From: a bacterium
Lineage (GTDB): Bacteria > Patescibacteriota > CPR2 > UBA1875 > JAJYID01
Direction of reading: 5' to 3'
NCBI GenBank assembly: GCA_030647205.1
Contig: JAUSJO010000006.1
Span: 11,163-75,162 of the forward strand
DNA: 64,000 bases
In this document: piece by piece, positions 47,696 through 56,384 of the stretch
Numbering within the stretch: position 1 is the first letter of the stretch
Layout of the letters: each line of letters begins with the position of its first letter
Position numbers and translations under genes: made by a program
The notes under the pieces: model-generated
Told to the model about the DNA's origin: nothing
The model's database searches: none
The model's input: only the letters and a program-made list of their open reading frames with translations

Positions 47696-47718
47696 AAAAC
47701 CCGCTAAATGCGGGTTTT
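47696..47718. terminator. Bidirectional rho-independent terminator hairpin (aaaacccgc taaat gcgggtttt) between convergent genes
   Basis: A perfect 9-bp stem flanked by A/T runs on both sides. Confidence 0.65.
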
Positions 47719-47721
47719 ATT

Positions 47722-48489
47722 TTATGTGTTGACCGGACATGGAACTTCCTGCAGTTTGAAGGCAATATCAGCCATTCTCTTTTTCACAGTCTCAATGTCT
47801 CTCTTTTTAAGTCCTTGGCCGATCAGTTCTCTTTCGCTCTTTCCGTCTTCAACAAGGCCTTTTATGATCCGGTCTGCTGTCTCATAAGTAATCCCAAGCT
47901 CATCTTCATCGGTCTGCCCTTCCCATAGATCAGCCGTAGGCGGTTTTTCAATGATTTCTTTCGGTACGCCCAGGAATCTTGCCAGTTGTCTTACCTGAGT
48001 CTTGTAAAGATCTCTGATCAGCTCTATGTCTGAAACCTCGTCTCCTGCTTTTGTAAAATAAGCAAAGTAGTGTTCTGTCTTGTTTTCAGTCCCTAGCACA
48101 ATCGCCTTCTCTCGAGCTGCCGTATCATACAGAGTTATCATCCTGGACCTGGCAGCAATATTCCCAATACACTTTCCGTTATCCGTTTTTAAAATTTCCT
48201 TAAATGCATTGACCGCGGGTGAAATATCGACCTCCCTTAAATCTTTCACTTCAAACTTTTTAGCAACTGTCACAGCGTGGTCGCGGGATTTTCCCCCAGC
48301 TTCACCATTTGGCATCATGACCGCTATGATTCTATCAGCGCCAATAGCTCTCTCGGCGAGCGCGAGCGCAACAGCCGAGTCGATACCACCGGACAAACCT
48401 ATCACGACTTTTTCAATATTATTTTTTGCCATGTAATCTTTCAAGAAGTTACATGCTTTGTCCGCAAATTCTTTTTCGTTTAGTTCCAT
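47722..48489 (-). CDS. nadE: Ammonia-dependent NAD+ synthetase NadE
   Basis: PP-loop GLSGGIDSAV. ~255 aa with no glutaminase domain. Confidence 0.85.
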   Translation of the reverse strand: MELNEKEFADKACNFLKDYMAKNNIEKVVIGLSGGIDSAVALALAERAIGADRIIAVMMPNGEAGGKSRDHAVTVAKKFEVKDLREVDISPAVNAFKEILKTDNGKCIGNIAARSRMITLYDTAAREKAIVLGTENKTEHYFAYFTKAGDEVSDIELIRDLYKTQVRQLARFLGVPKEIIEKPPTADLWEGQTDEDELGITYETADRIIKGLVEDGKSERELIGQGLKKRDIETVKKRMADIAFKLQEVPCPVNT

Positions 48490-48575
48490 TGTCTTTCTCC
48501 TTTATTATTTTAATATTTTCTTTCTAATAACTAAATTTGGTTTTGGGCGGGCGCTTTCGCGCCCGCCCGCTTGTT

Positions 48576-49799
48576 TTACAGATAATCCCTCAGATTGTGG
48601 CGAATGAGATTGTCAGAGATTTTAACACCTCTGGTCGCATTATCCAATACCTCAGGATCGACTACACGAGACAACTCCCGGCCTTCCTTGGCAAAAGCAT
48701 TTAGCTTGCCACCATTGAAGAAACCAACTGCATCTGCAGTGTAGTTGCACTGGCCTTGGTTGAGGTAGTAGGCCGCTTGTTCACCGATGCCGACGATATC
48801 AGCGCCAGCTTCCCGGTATTTCTTGATGTCTTCAAGCTTTATGCCGCTTGAGACAACGAGTTTGAAATCAGCCATTCCGGCCTGATCCAACATTTCACGG
48901 GTCTTTTGAACCACGTGCAGCTTCATACCGGCATCGCTTCCTGAGTTTCCGCCGATAACCGCATCAACAACCGGCTCATCATCCAGATCGGCCTTTGAGA
49001 TATCCATACGGCCGCCCGCCAGTTTGATGCCGAGCATTTCGCACGCTTTCTTGGTTGCTCGGAATGTTTCAAAGCAACCGACACTTCTTGTCACAAAGTC
49101 GCCGAGTACAAAGAGTGGCACATTGGGGTTAGCCCTATGAAAGGCGATAGTAGCGCGAATAGTAGCGGCAACGCCCGGATTATCCGTAACCTCTGCGATA
49201 ACTCTCTCCGTCCGGTCATCGAGCCTTAAAGCCCCCCACATTGCGATTTGGGAGTGGCTTTCCGTGCCAATAACCTTGTCGGCCCAACGCGGAACAGTGG
49301 AGATTATCTCTCCTTCTGATAAGGCTCTTGTAGCAATTGCCAGGTCTTCCTGAGCAAGGTATCTTGCTCCCATGAAGACCCATGGCAACTCGTCCTCATC
49401 ATGAGGGAAGTCAGCCGCGAGGGTCCGAAAACGTGTACCGGTCGTCAGATAATGCAGCAGCGTCTCATTTACTAAGAGACTTCTTGCCGGACCTTCCATG
49501 GTCATCGCCGTTTCGTGCTTCTTGAGAGCATGTCCCTCCGGAACAGAGTAGATCGTGATTGAATCGACATCGTCCGGATGGACTAAGGATGCTAGGGCGC
49601 TCAGGAATTCTTTAACTCCAAAGAACCTTGCCCCTTCGTAACGCTGAAAGAGCCGCCAAAATCCGATAGGATTCTGGTTCTCGGCCGCAAGCGCCTTGAT
49701 GCCTCGTGGAAGATAGATATCGACATCGTCAAATGTCAGTTTCGGCTTTAATGTGTTTACCTTGATGGTCATTTTGTGTCCTTTCTTTTCGCGTACCAC
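48576..49799 (-). CDS. pncB: Nicotinate (or nicotinamide) phosphoribosyltransferase family protein
   Basis: ~400 aa with type II PRTase-family architecture. Context with nadE, pncA and Nudix. Assignment is at family level only. Confidence 0.6.
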   Translation of the reverse strand: MVREKKGHKMTIKVNTLKPKLTFDDVDIYLPRGIKALAAENQNPIGFWRLFQRYEGARFFGVKEFLSALASLVHPDDVDSITIYSVPEGHALKKHETAMTMEGPARSLLVNETLLHYLTTGTRFRTLAADFPHDEDELPWVFMGARYLAQEDLAIATRALSEGEIISTVPRWADKVIGTESHSQIAMWGALRLDDRTERVIAEVTDNPGVAATIRATIAFHRANPNVPLFVLGDFVTRSVGCFETFRATKKACEMLGIKLAGGRMDISKADLDDEPVVDAVIGGNSGSDAGMKLHVVQKTREMLDQAGMADFKLVVSSGIKLEDIKKYREAGADIVGIGEQAAYYLNQGQCNYTADAVGFFNGGKLNAFAKEGRELSRVVDPEVLDNATRGVKISDNLIRHNLRDYL

Positions 49800-50335
49800 T
49801 GTTTTAACAGCAGAAGATTGCCAAACACTTTGTACCCCACTTCTTCACTCTTGGACATTTCCAAAAGCGTTTCATATGCCGTATCAATGGGTAAAAGAAG
49901 TGGTTTTGTCTGTTCGTTGGCTAGTGGCTCTCGGACTTTGACCGCACCACTGGCAACAACCAGAGATACTCTCTCATCTGTTATGCCGGGTGAGTTAACT
50001 AGCCCTCTGTCTCCACCGATTAAAACCTCTGCGTCTTTAACCTCAAATCCTGTCTCTTCCATCAGTTCTCTGACTGCGGTTTCTAACGTTCCTTCACCGT
50101 CAATGTCCAGAAGTCCTGCCGGAAACTCTATTGTGTCTGAGGCGATCAGTGGTCTTGGCTGCTTAACAAGGATAATCTCTTCATCCTCGGTAATAGCGAC
50201 TATAATCACCGCCTGTGGTGTAGAGCGCCGGACGCCAAACCATTTTTTGTTTGTGTCTTTGAAATCTTCATATTCAAGCTCAACGAATCTGGCGAATGGC
50301 GTTTCAGCCAAAACTTTCTCTTCTACTATTTTCAT
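49769..50335 (-). CDS. NUDIX hydrolase, ADP-ribose pyrophosphatase-like
   Basis: Nudix box GLLDIDGEGTLETAVRELMEETGFEV. Confidence 0.75.
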   Translation of the reverse strand: MKIVEEKVLAETPFARFVELEYEDFKDTNKKWFGVRRSTPQAVIIVAITEDEEIILVKQPRPLIASDTIEFPAGLLDIDGEGTLETAVRELMEETGFEVKDAEVLIGGDRGLVNSPGITDERVSLVVASGAVKVREPLANEQTKPLLLPIDTAYETLLEMSKSEEVGYKVFGNLLLLKQWYAKRKDTK

Positions 50336-50374
50336 TTTGTATCTCCTTTTTCTCTATTCTACCTCAATAGGTTT

Positions 50375-50492
50375 TCAAGGTACATTTTTTGGTGATCCTT
50401 ATCGGACCATGTTGTGAGGGGAATCCGACGGTTGCCGGACGCATGCCATTGCTTTAATCCCCCATTCTTTTTGGAAAAGAATAGCCTTTGTT
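50375..50492 (-). promoter_or_regulatory. Conserved ~115-nt element, copy 1: a 38-nt core (tcaaggtacattttttggtgatccttatcggaccatgt) plus hairpins, upstream of the nudix-pncB-nadE operon
   Basis: Near-identical core and the same hairpin architecture as at 50955-51068. The core ends at a TTGAAA -35-like hexamer when read on the minus strand. Confidence 0.55.
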
Positions 50493-50501
50493 TTAAGCTG
50501 C

Positions 50502-50786
50502 TTAGTTGAGAGCCATTTCGGCTTCGACTGCTTGTGTCATACCGCAGATCACGCACTTCTTGACGAAGCGAACCGTGATATCGTCCGGAGCGACCAAACC
50601 CTTACCTTGCCACTTTGCTTCCGGAATCTCCGTAATAGGATCGAAAACGAATTTCGTGAAAGAGTGCAGGCAAGTGCCCTCAATCATCTTCAGTGTGGTT
50701 TTTTGCCGCTTAAGAAAATCCTGAGCCGCCTCGATGTCTCTTTCAGTATCTGCGATGATCCTTCTGAGTGTTTCTGTATTAGCCAT
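50502..50786 (-). CDS. Hypothetical ~94-aa Cys-containing protein (C...CVICG)
   Basis: ORF track (GTG start at 50795; ATG at 50786). Second gene of a two-gene unit downstream of element copy 2. Confidence 0.35.
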   Translation of the reverse strand: MANTETLRRIIADTERDIEAAQDFLKRQKTTLKMIEGTCLHSFTKFVFDPITEIPEAKWQGKGLVAPDDITVRFVKKCVICGMTQAVEAEMALN

Positions 50787-50791
50787 TTCAA

Positions 50792-50905
50792 TCACTCCTC
50801 TTTTCTCTCAATTTTTTCCATAACCGTTGCCAAATCTCTCTCAAGCTTTGAGATGCGTTCCTGCATGGTCATCGGCCTTACAAAAATCTTTTCTCCCTTA
50901 GCCAT
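50792..50905 (-). CDS. Small ORF (37 aa, MAKGEKIFVRPMTMQERISKLERDLATVMEKIERKEE), not in the ORF track
   Basis: ATG 6 nt after GAAAGGCGG. Its stop (TGA) lies next to the downstream gene's GTG/ATG starts. Confidence 0.3.
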   Translation of the reverse strand: MAKGEKIFVRPMTMQERISKLERDLATVMEKIERKEE

Positions 50906-50954
50906 AACAACCGCCTTTCTCAAAAATTTTGATAATCACTAACAGCTTAAGCTC

Positions 50955-51068
50955 TCAAGGTACATTTGTTGGTGATCCTTATCGGACCATGTATGGAGGG
51001 GATCCCCGGGCTTTTGCCCGGGGTGCTTTGCTAAAGCATTATTCCCCTCGCTTCTTTTTAAAGAAGCA
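50955..51068 (-). promoter_or_regulatory. Conserved ~115-nt element, copy 2, upstream of the small-ORF operon
   Basis: Core tcaaggtacatttgttggtgatccttatcggaccatgt, then a P1 stem (gagggga/tcccctc) enclosing two hairpins, and a distal hairpin gcttcttt/aaagaagc. The arms covary with copy 1 (attctttt/aaaagaat). Confidence 0.55.
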
Positions 51069-51091
51069 GCTACAAGATAGGTATCAGCTGT

Positions 51092-51877
51092 CTAAGGTGC
51101 GGTGAAGAATCCACCGGACGTAACAGCCGACTGGCTAACTTGTATAATAGAATCGCTTACCTGTTGGAAGATCTTCCGGATCTCGGAAGGGCTTGTGCCA
51201 ACCGCGATAACGTCATTGAAACCGATCTCGTCAGCAAGACGCTGCACCTCAGCTTCATCCATCATGCCGTATGTGGTAAAACCGACATAGGCGAGAATGA
51301 ATGTCTCTTGAGCGAGAAGGGCCTTGGTGACCTTTCTGACTTCTGTGTTCGTAACTCTTGAACTGTTATCTTCACCATCGGAGAAGACTACAACCACGTT
51401 CTTGGTACGAACACCGTTGGATCTCAGCTGCTGGCCATAAGCGACTATGCCACTTAAGCCTTTGAGAACCGTGTCGTAAAGCGCTGTCCCGCCGTTCGGG
51501 AAGTAGCTGTTATCCAGATTGGGCGCTTGTTCAACCGGCAGGTAGTCGTGAACTAGATCCGATTGGGTATTGAAAATCCAGTCGGAAATGAAGATGCTCT
51601 CTGCCTTTTTGGAACCCCTCAAGGCATCAAGCAGACCTTCATAGCTCTGAACCACTACGTCACGCGCGCCGCTCATCGAGCCGCTACCGTCATGAATGAC
51701 AGAGACTAGTGTAACCTCGTCCTCGGGGATAAGGTCGATCTCTGTACCTTGACAGCCAGCAAGCGCTACTGCATCGAGGTTTGCTACCATGATCTGACTT
51801 GCCTGTTCATCCAGGCCATCTTCTACTGCTTCCTCGAAGAGATCGTTGACATCATTCATATCAGCCATTTTTGTCAC
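51092..51877 (-). CDS. von Willebrand factor A (vWA) domain protein, TerY-like
   Basis: MIDAS motif DGSGSMSG. Cytoplasmic, ~260 aa. Last gene of the PP2C-kinase-pncA-vWA operon. Confidence 0.7.
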   Translation of the reverse strand: MTKMADMNDVNDLFEEAVEDGLDEQASQIMVANLDAVALAGCQGTEIDLIPEDEVTLVSVIHDGSGSMSGARDVVVQSYEGLLDALRGSKKAESIFISDWIFNTQSDLVHDYLPVEQAPNLDNSYFPNGGTALYDTVLKGLSGIVAYGQQLRSNGVRTKNVVVVFSDGEDNSSRVTNTEVRKVTKALLAQETFILAYVGFTTYGMMDEAEVQRLADEIGFNDVIAVGTSPSEIRKIFQQVSDSIIQVSQSAVTSGGFFTAP

Positions 51878-51891
51878 CTCCTCCTTTTACG

Positions 51892-52881
51892 TTAGCCGAT
51901 CGGATCGGTAGATTTGACTAGCCGTACGCCGAGCTTTTCCATTTCGGCGAGTTCGGCATTGGCGATTTCATCGAACGGAACATCGGGATGTTCCACCGAA
52001 GAGGTGCAGTCCATCAGAAAACGGATTTTGCCGAGGATATCATCCTGACCGGCAAAGTGGTTTACGATGGAGCGCATCGTATCCAGCACACAGTGGCTTT
52101 TCGCCTCGCCGGCTACATAAACCAGGTCGTGTCTGGCAACAAGGTCCAGAAACGGAGTGTTTAAGTCACCGGCCGGGTGCTTGGGATACTTTACTTCGGG
52201 TTCTACGATGGAGTAGTTTTCCGTCTGCGGGATAGAACCCTTGACGAGGAAAACCGGCTGCGAACGCCTGGCAGCGGAGTGGAAGGCAATTGCCTCCATC
52301 AGATTCGGCACCAGTGCCTGACCGGGAGTGCCGATCATGCAGTGGAAGGGCCAGATCATCAGGGTCTTCTTGCCGCCCTTGTCGAGCTCTGTCAGGTATT
52401 TCCGCGTCCATACGGGATCGACTACAGGCCTCCACTTACCATCCTCCACGTCTTTCAGCGTGATCATCGTGTAGGGAGCAGGTGGATTCCCGTTCTCATC
52501 TACCCACCATGTGGAGTAGAAGATCTGAACGGGGATATGCGAGTCGATGCTCGAGGCGATGGTCGTCACTTGATCCAGATTCCGAAAAATCCAGTCAACT
52601 GTCCTTTCTACATCACCGAGAGCATTTGTTACCGGAAGGGCGCCGTTCGGGAAGACGAAGTCGACCTGGAAATCTACATTTACCAGGATGACTTTCTGCT
52701 TATCCTCAGTGGCCGGAGCCACGTTCTGCCGGCGGCCTTCTTCCGTTGCTTCTTGGACCTTCGGTAGTACGAGAGATCCCAAAGTAGAGGGATCATAGAA
52801 AGCTGGAGCTTTCATCTTTTGTTCCTCCTTTTGGAAGTAGTTTTTGGATTTGGCTAACAAGTTTATTTTGCCTTGCCTCAC
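51892..52881 (-). CDS. pncA: Nicotinamidase PncA (isochorismatase-family cysteine hydrolase) with N-terminal extension
   Basis: ILVNVDFQVDF (catalytic Asp region), IWPFHCMIGTPGQAL (PncA WPxHC signature), VAGEAKSHCVLDT (catalytic Cys). Its start overlaps the kinase stop by 4 nt. Confidence 0.7.
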   Translation of the reverse strand: MRQGKINLLAKSKNYFQKEEQKMKAPAFYDPSTLGSLVLPKVQEATEEGRRQNVAPATEDKQKVILVNVDFQVDFVFPNGALPVTNALGDVERTVDWIFRNLDQVTTIASSIDSHIPVQIFYSTWWVDENGNPPAPYTMITLKDVEDGKWRPVVDPVWTRKYLTELDKGGKKTLMIWPFHCMIGTPGQALVPNLMEAIAFHSAARRSQPVFLVKGSIPQTENYSIVEPEVKYPKHPAGDLNTPFLDLVARHDLVYVAGEAKSHCVLDTMRSIVNHFAGQDDILGKIRFLMDCTSSVEHPDVPFDEIANAELAEMEKLGVRLVKSTDPIG

Positions 52882-54722
52882 CTCTTTCTTATCAGGAATA
52901 CTTTATTGTCGCTTACGACAACGATATTCCCCTGAAAGCCGTGGAGTTTTTCATCTCCCTGGATGAATTTGTCAGTTCCGGTAAACTCGAAAGTGCTACC
53001 TTTTGTGAGAGACTTTCCTTTTAGCCCATTTGCCGTGGCAAAAAGAAGCGAACCATTACCTAGGGTCGCACCCTGTAAGTTACCGTGATCTTCATCATTG
53101 TATGGTTCACGACTCTTAAAGAGAGAAACGCCTTTGTCACTTATATAATCAAGTAGGACAAATGCTTTACCTTTCTTTTTCGTCTCACGGATAACCAGAG
53201 TGCCCTTGGTGTCAAACCGGGCATTTAAGGAAACTAGCTTCTCGCCTTTCTCGAGTTCCCTAACATCAGCTTCATAACTGGCTCCGTTTATCAGGACCCG
53301 GTAGACCCACTTATCGAATATCCGACTAACCACTACGAGCTTTTCTTTGTCACCAACAGTTTCTCCATGAAACCAGGTCTGTTCATCGGCTATAGTGGTA
53401 ACAGTTCTGCTAACGAGATTCCCTGCCATCATTTCTGACTTTAGGAGAATACCGCCGGCCGCTCTGTATAGTGAGTCTTTAGTGCCGGATTTTACGGGAT
53501 AGTTTTGGAACAAATCGGTTGTGGTTTTTGTAACCACTGAACCATCATCTGTATCCAAGACTATCAGTCGCTCGGAGCCTTTTCTCAACAAAATTACTTT
53601 GTCGAGAGCAATGTCGAAACCCAGATCGGGAGCTACGGGGAAAAGAACAGTCTTCTGTGTTTTTCCTCCTCTCCATGTATGTAGCACTGCCATTCCATTC
53701 TCGTAGGCAATAGCATAAAGCTTGTTGCCAACTAGTTTGGAGTAGATAAAATGCCCGGACGTCTCAGAAATCATAGATATCTCATAGTCGAGAATAATCT
53801 TCTGATTTATTACAAACGCCGACTTTGTGCTGCATACCGGGCACTGACGCCTACTGTGAGGAAAATACTCATGACACTTAGGACATTCTATTAAGATGCC
53901 GTTATATTCCTCGAGAATGTTCTTTGGAAGTTGGCCTATACGGCCTTTTTCGAAAGTTTTCTCGAAGTATTCAAGCAGTGCGTCAGAAAGTATTTCCCTA
54001 CTTAGGGCAAATTTCGGATAACGCACATCTTTATCAAATGCAGTTACTTTCTTTTTTGCCCTTTCGGTCAGCTGGTTTATCTTGGGGTGAACACCTCCGT
54101 AAGGATGGACTAGAAGTAGTGAACGGAACAGAAGCACTGCGAAGCTGTACCAGTCCGTCTCGGGGGTAAAGACCAAACCACTGGTAAGATCTTTATTATA
54201 GAGAGCCGGACTTAGGAATGGCTCTGTTGCCACTTGGCAAGGAAACCGATCAAACTGAAAGCTATCTACATCTATGAAATAGACTTGGTCTTTCAGGAAG
54301 ATCTCGTTTAAGTCATTTAAGTCTCCAACCACGAAGCCGGCTCTGTGCAGTTTTTCAACTGTACTATAAGCATTCAGAAAGACATCAGTAACATCTTTGA
54401 TATTGATTCCGCTGGTTTTTCTGAAGTTTCGATTGCTCAGTTTCGCCAGCGGTTCTGCCCCAGGATCAGCAAGTGGCATCATATATCCAACCACTCTGCC
54501 GTTTCCTTCCGCTTTTACCAGTTCACGAGGTGCAAGCACCCGATCCGGTAAAAGCGGCCCTTTCTTGAGGAGAGCTTGCAGTTTCTGTGTTTTTTCTCTG
54601 CTCGGCTTGTGGAATATCTTGTATGCAGCCTTTCCTTTCTTTATTACTACTGCCTCGCCACCGGTTCCCAGCACATCTTTCGGGTTGAGATTGATGACTT
54701 TTCCCTGCACCACGACTCTCAT
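52878..54722 (-). CDS. Protein kinase-like (Ser/Thr kinase fold) protein with central zinc-ribbon and a large C-terminal beta-rich domain
   Basis: Gly-loop LGTGGEAVVIKKGKAAYKIF, catalytic-loop-like HRAGFVVGDLNDLN, and a DFG-like IDVDSF. Then CPKCHEYFPHSRRQCPVC. 614 aa. Confidence 0.65.
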   Translation of the reverse strand: MRVVVQGKVINLNPKDVLGTGGEAVVIKKGKAAYKIFHKPSREKTQKLQALLKKGPLLPDRVLAPRELVKAEGNGRVVGYMMPLADPGAEPLAKLSNRNFRKTSGINIKDVTDVFLNAYSTVEKLHRAGFVVGDLNDLNEIFLKDQVYFIDVDSFQFDRFPCQVATEPFLSPALYNKDLTSGLVFTPETDWYSFAVLLFRSLLLVHPYGGVHPKINQLTERAKKKVTAFDKDVRYPKFALSREILSDALLEYFEKTFEKGRIGQLPKNILEEYNGILIECPKCHEYFPHSRRQCPVCSTKSAFVINQKIILDYEISMISETSGHFIYSKLVGNKLYAIAYENGMAVLHTWRGGKTQKTVLFPVAPDLGFDIALDKVILLRKGSERLIVLDTDDGSVVTKTTTDLFQNYPVKSGTKDSLYRAAGGILLKSEMMAGNLVSRTVTTIADEQTWFHGETVGDKEKLVVVSRIFDKWVYRVLINGASYEADVRELEKGEKLVSLNARFDTKGTLVIRETKKKGKAFVLLDYISDKGVSLFKSREPYNDEDHGNLQGATLGNGSLLFATANGLKGKSLTKGSTFEFTGTDKFIQGDEKLHGFQGNIVVVSDNKVFLIRKR

Positions 54723-54725
54723 TTC

Positions 54726-55451
54726 TCACCCTCCTTCCGTCTGGATTTTCTCGATCGTTATCAAGGTTGCATCGTCTGAGAAGTGCTTTTTCTTTGAGTA
54801 AACGTTTAAGAGGCGCTGAACTCCATTTGGATGTTCTTTGCCCCAGAACTCGTTTATCAGCTCCGGCTCAAAGCCGTCACTTGCTATGGCAACTCTCTGA
54901 ACTTTCTGCAGATTAACCTCTATCCTCTTGAAACTGACTTGCTTTCCGAATAGACGGTAAGCGAAGTAGGCCGGTGTGTTATCCTCATCAATGACGAGAA
55001 CATCATCATCAATGAATATAGTTCCATCACCGCTTGAGAATATCACCAGTTTTTTTCCGTCAGTCACAAACCCTAAAATAGTGGCCAAGAGATTATCTTG
55101 GACAAATGGAGTCTGCCACCAGCCCCTTGAAAGTTCATCGAGAAAATCACCTGTTGAATCTTCGATGTGATCAACGATCTCTTCCAAGGACCATCTTTGG
55201 CATATTCTCGGAACTGTGCTTTCACCAAGAATGCTTACTACCCTTTGAACAATGAGATTTGCCCCGACCTCGCTGGTCTTGGCGCTCCCGCATCCATCAG
55301 AGAGAATACCCGCTCGGAGGATTTTTGGTTCTCCGAACAGCGACTTGATTGGTTCCGGCTCATAGATCTGGTAAGCATCCTGACAGTTTTTACCTATCAA
55401 GGAATGTTGCCTTCCTATAACCTTGCCTCCCCTTATTCTAAGAGTGTCCAT
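54726..55451 (-). CDS. PP2C-family (PPM) Ser/Thr protein phosphatase
   Basis: GRQHSLIGKNCQDAY (the RxxxxNxDA motif), SDGCGS, IASDGF, DDATLI. Confidence 0.75.
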   Translation of the reverse strand: MDTLRIRGGKVIGRQHSLIGKNCQDAYQIYEPEPIKSLFGEPKILRAGILSDGCGSAKTSEVGANLIVQRVVSILGESTVPRICQRWSLEEIVDHIEDSTGDFLDELSRGWWQTPFVQDNLLATILGFVTDGKKLVIFSSGDGTIFIDDDVLVIDEDNTPAYFAYRLFGKQVSFKRIEVNLQKVQRVAIASDGFEPELINEFWGKEHPNGVQRLLNVYSKKKHFSDDATLITIEKIQTEGG

Positions 55452-55561
55452 TTTGCTTCCCTTCTATAGGTTTTAGCGATTCTTTTGTCAAAGTCCTCAT
55501 TGGTTTGATATTATCGCTCCTTTGTAATTGTTACACATACACTAACTCTTTCTATCAATAT

Positions 55562-55582
55562 ATAGTGTTTATATAACACTAT
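55562..55582. promoter_or_regulatory. 21-bp palindrome aTAGTGTTtatatAACACTAt (candidate NrtR-type operator, site 1) upstream of the PP2C-kinase-pncA-vWA operon
   Basis: Perfect 8-bp arms. The same half-sites recur at 55611-55629 and 57647-57665. Confidence 0.55.
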
Positions 55583-55610
55583 CTATTCTGGTTATAAAAT
55601 ACACAATGAT

Positions 55611-55629
55611 TAGTGTATATGTGACACTA
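55611..55629. promoter_or_regulatory. Palindrome TAGTGT-atatgtg-ACACTA (candidate operator, site 2)
   Basis: Read from the sequence. Lies 49 bp from site 1. Confidence 0.5.
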
Positions 55630-55697
55630 TTATACGCTCTTAAAAATCGTTGTCAAGAACTTTTTTCAAAAAAGTCTTATTTTCCCCTATTTCGTGC

Positions 55698-56384
55698 TTA
55701 TTTCTTTAAGAATTGTCCAAATGGATTGCTAATAAATCGAATGTCTTTGTCCGTGAACTGATACATTATTGCCGGACGATGAGCGCCACCCTCTTTCATC
55801 TTTGTGGCCTTGATCATTCCGGTACTTAGGATCTTTCTTCTGAAGTTTCTTTTATCGATATCCCGACCCAAAACTATCTCATAAACTTTCTGAAGATCTG
55901 TCAAAGAAAAGTATTTGGGGAGCAAACTATAAACAACATTTGTATATTCCATTTTCCAGACTAATCTTTTTGTCGCATAGCTCAGTATTTCATTATGATC
56001 AAAAGCGAGTTTTGGAATCTTTTTTAAAGGCTGCCATTTCAATCCTTTAGTATCTTTACCGTTTTTAGCAGACACTGCTTCGGCGCTGACAAGGGCAAAG
56101 TAAGCAATGGAAATTACTCTTCCTCTTGGATCTCTTTTTGGGTCACCAAACGTATAGAGCTGCTCCAGATAGACGTCCTTTACTCCTGTTTTTTCGAATA
56201 AAGTTCTCTGAGCCGCCTCTTCGAGATCTTCTTTTTCACCTACAAAACCTCCCGGAAGAGACCATCCTTCCGGTCCATATGTCCTCTCTACCGTTAAAAC
56301 ATTCAGCTCGTCGTCAATGATCGTAAAGATAACTACGTCCGTAGCAACTGATGGAGGGATAAAATTGTCTTTTTTTCTGCTCAT
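55698..56384 (-). CDS. nrtR: Nudix-related transcriptional regulator NrtR-like (Nudix domain plus C-terminal winged helix)
   Basis: Degenerate Nudix box GGFVGEKEDLEEAAQRTLFEKTGV. C-terminal LTDLQKVYEIVLGRDIDKRNFRRKILSTGMIKAT...GGAHRPAIMYQF matches the NrtR wHTH pattern as I recall it. Sits within an NAD-metabolism neighbourhood. Confidence 0.6.
   Translation of the reverse strand: MSRKKDNFIPPSVATDVVIFTIIDDELNVLTVERTYGPEGWSLPGGFVGEKEDLEEAAQRTLFEKTGVKDVYLEQLYTFGDPKRDPRGRVISIAYFALVSAEAVSAKNGKDTKGLKWQPLKKIPKLAFDHNEILSYATKRLVWKMEYTNVVYSLLPKYFSLTDLQKVYEIVLGRDIDKRNFRRKILSTGMIKATKMKEGGAHRPAIMYQFTDKDIRFISNPFGQFLKK

Noticed and set aside
48545-48568. GC-rich hairpin gggcgggcgc-tttc-gcgcccgccc between pncB-like and nadE as a terminator
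   Set aside because: It is not followed by a U-run on the transcribed (minus) strand, and the genes look co-transcribed. More likely an intra-operon stabilising hairpin or REP-like structure.
49776-50417. 213-aa plus-strand ORF antisense to the Nudix gene
   Set aside because: Ser/Thr-rich shadow of a well-supported minus-strand Nudix gene.
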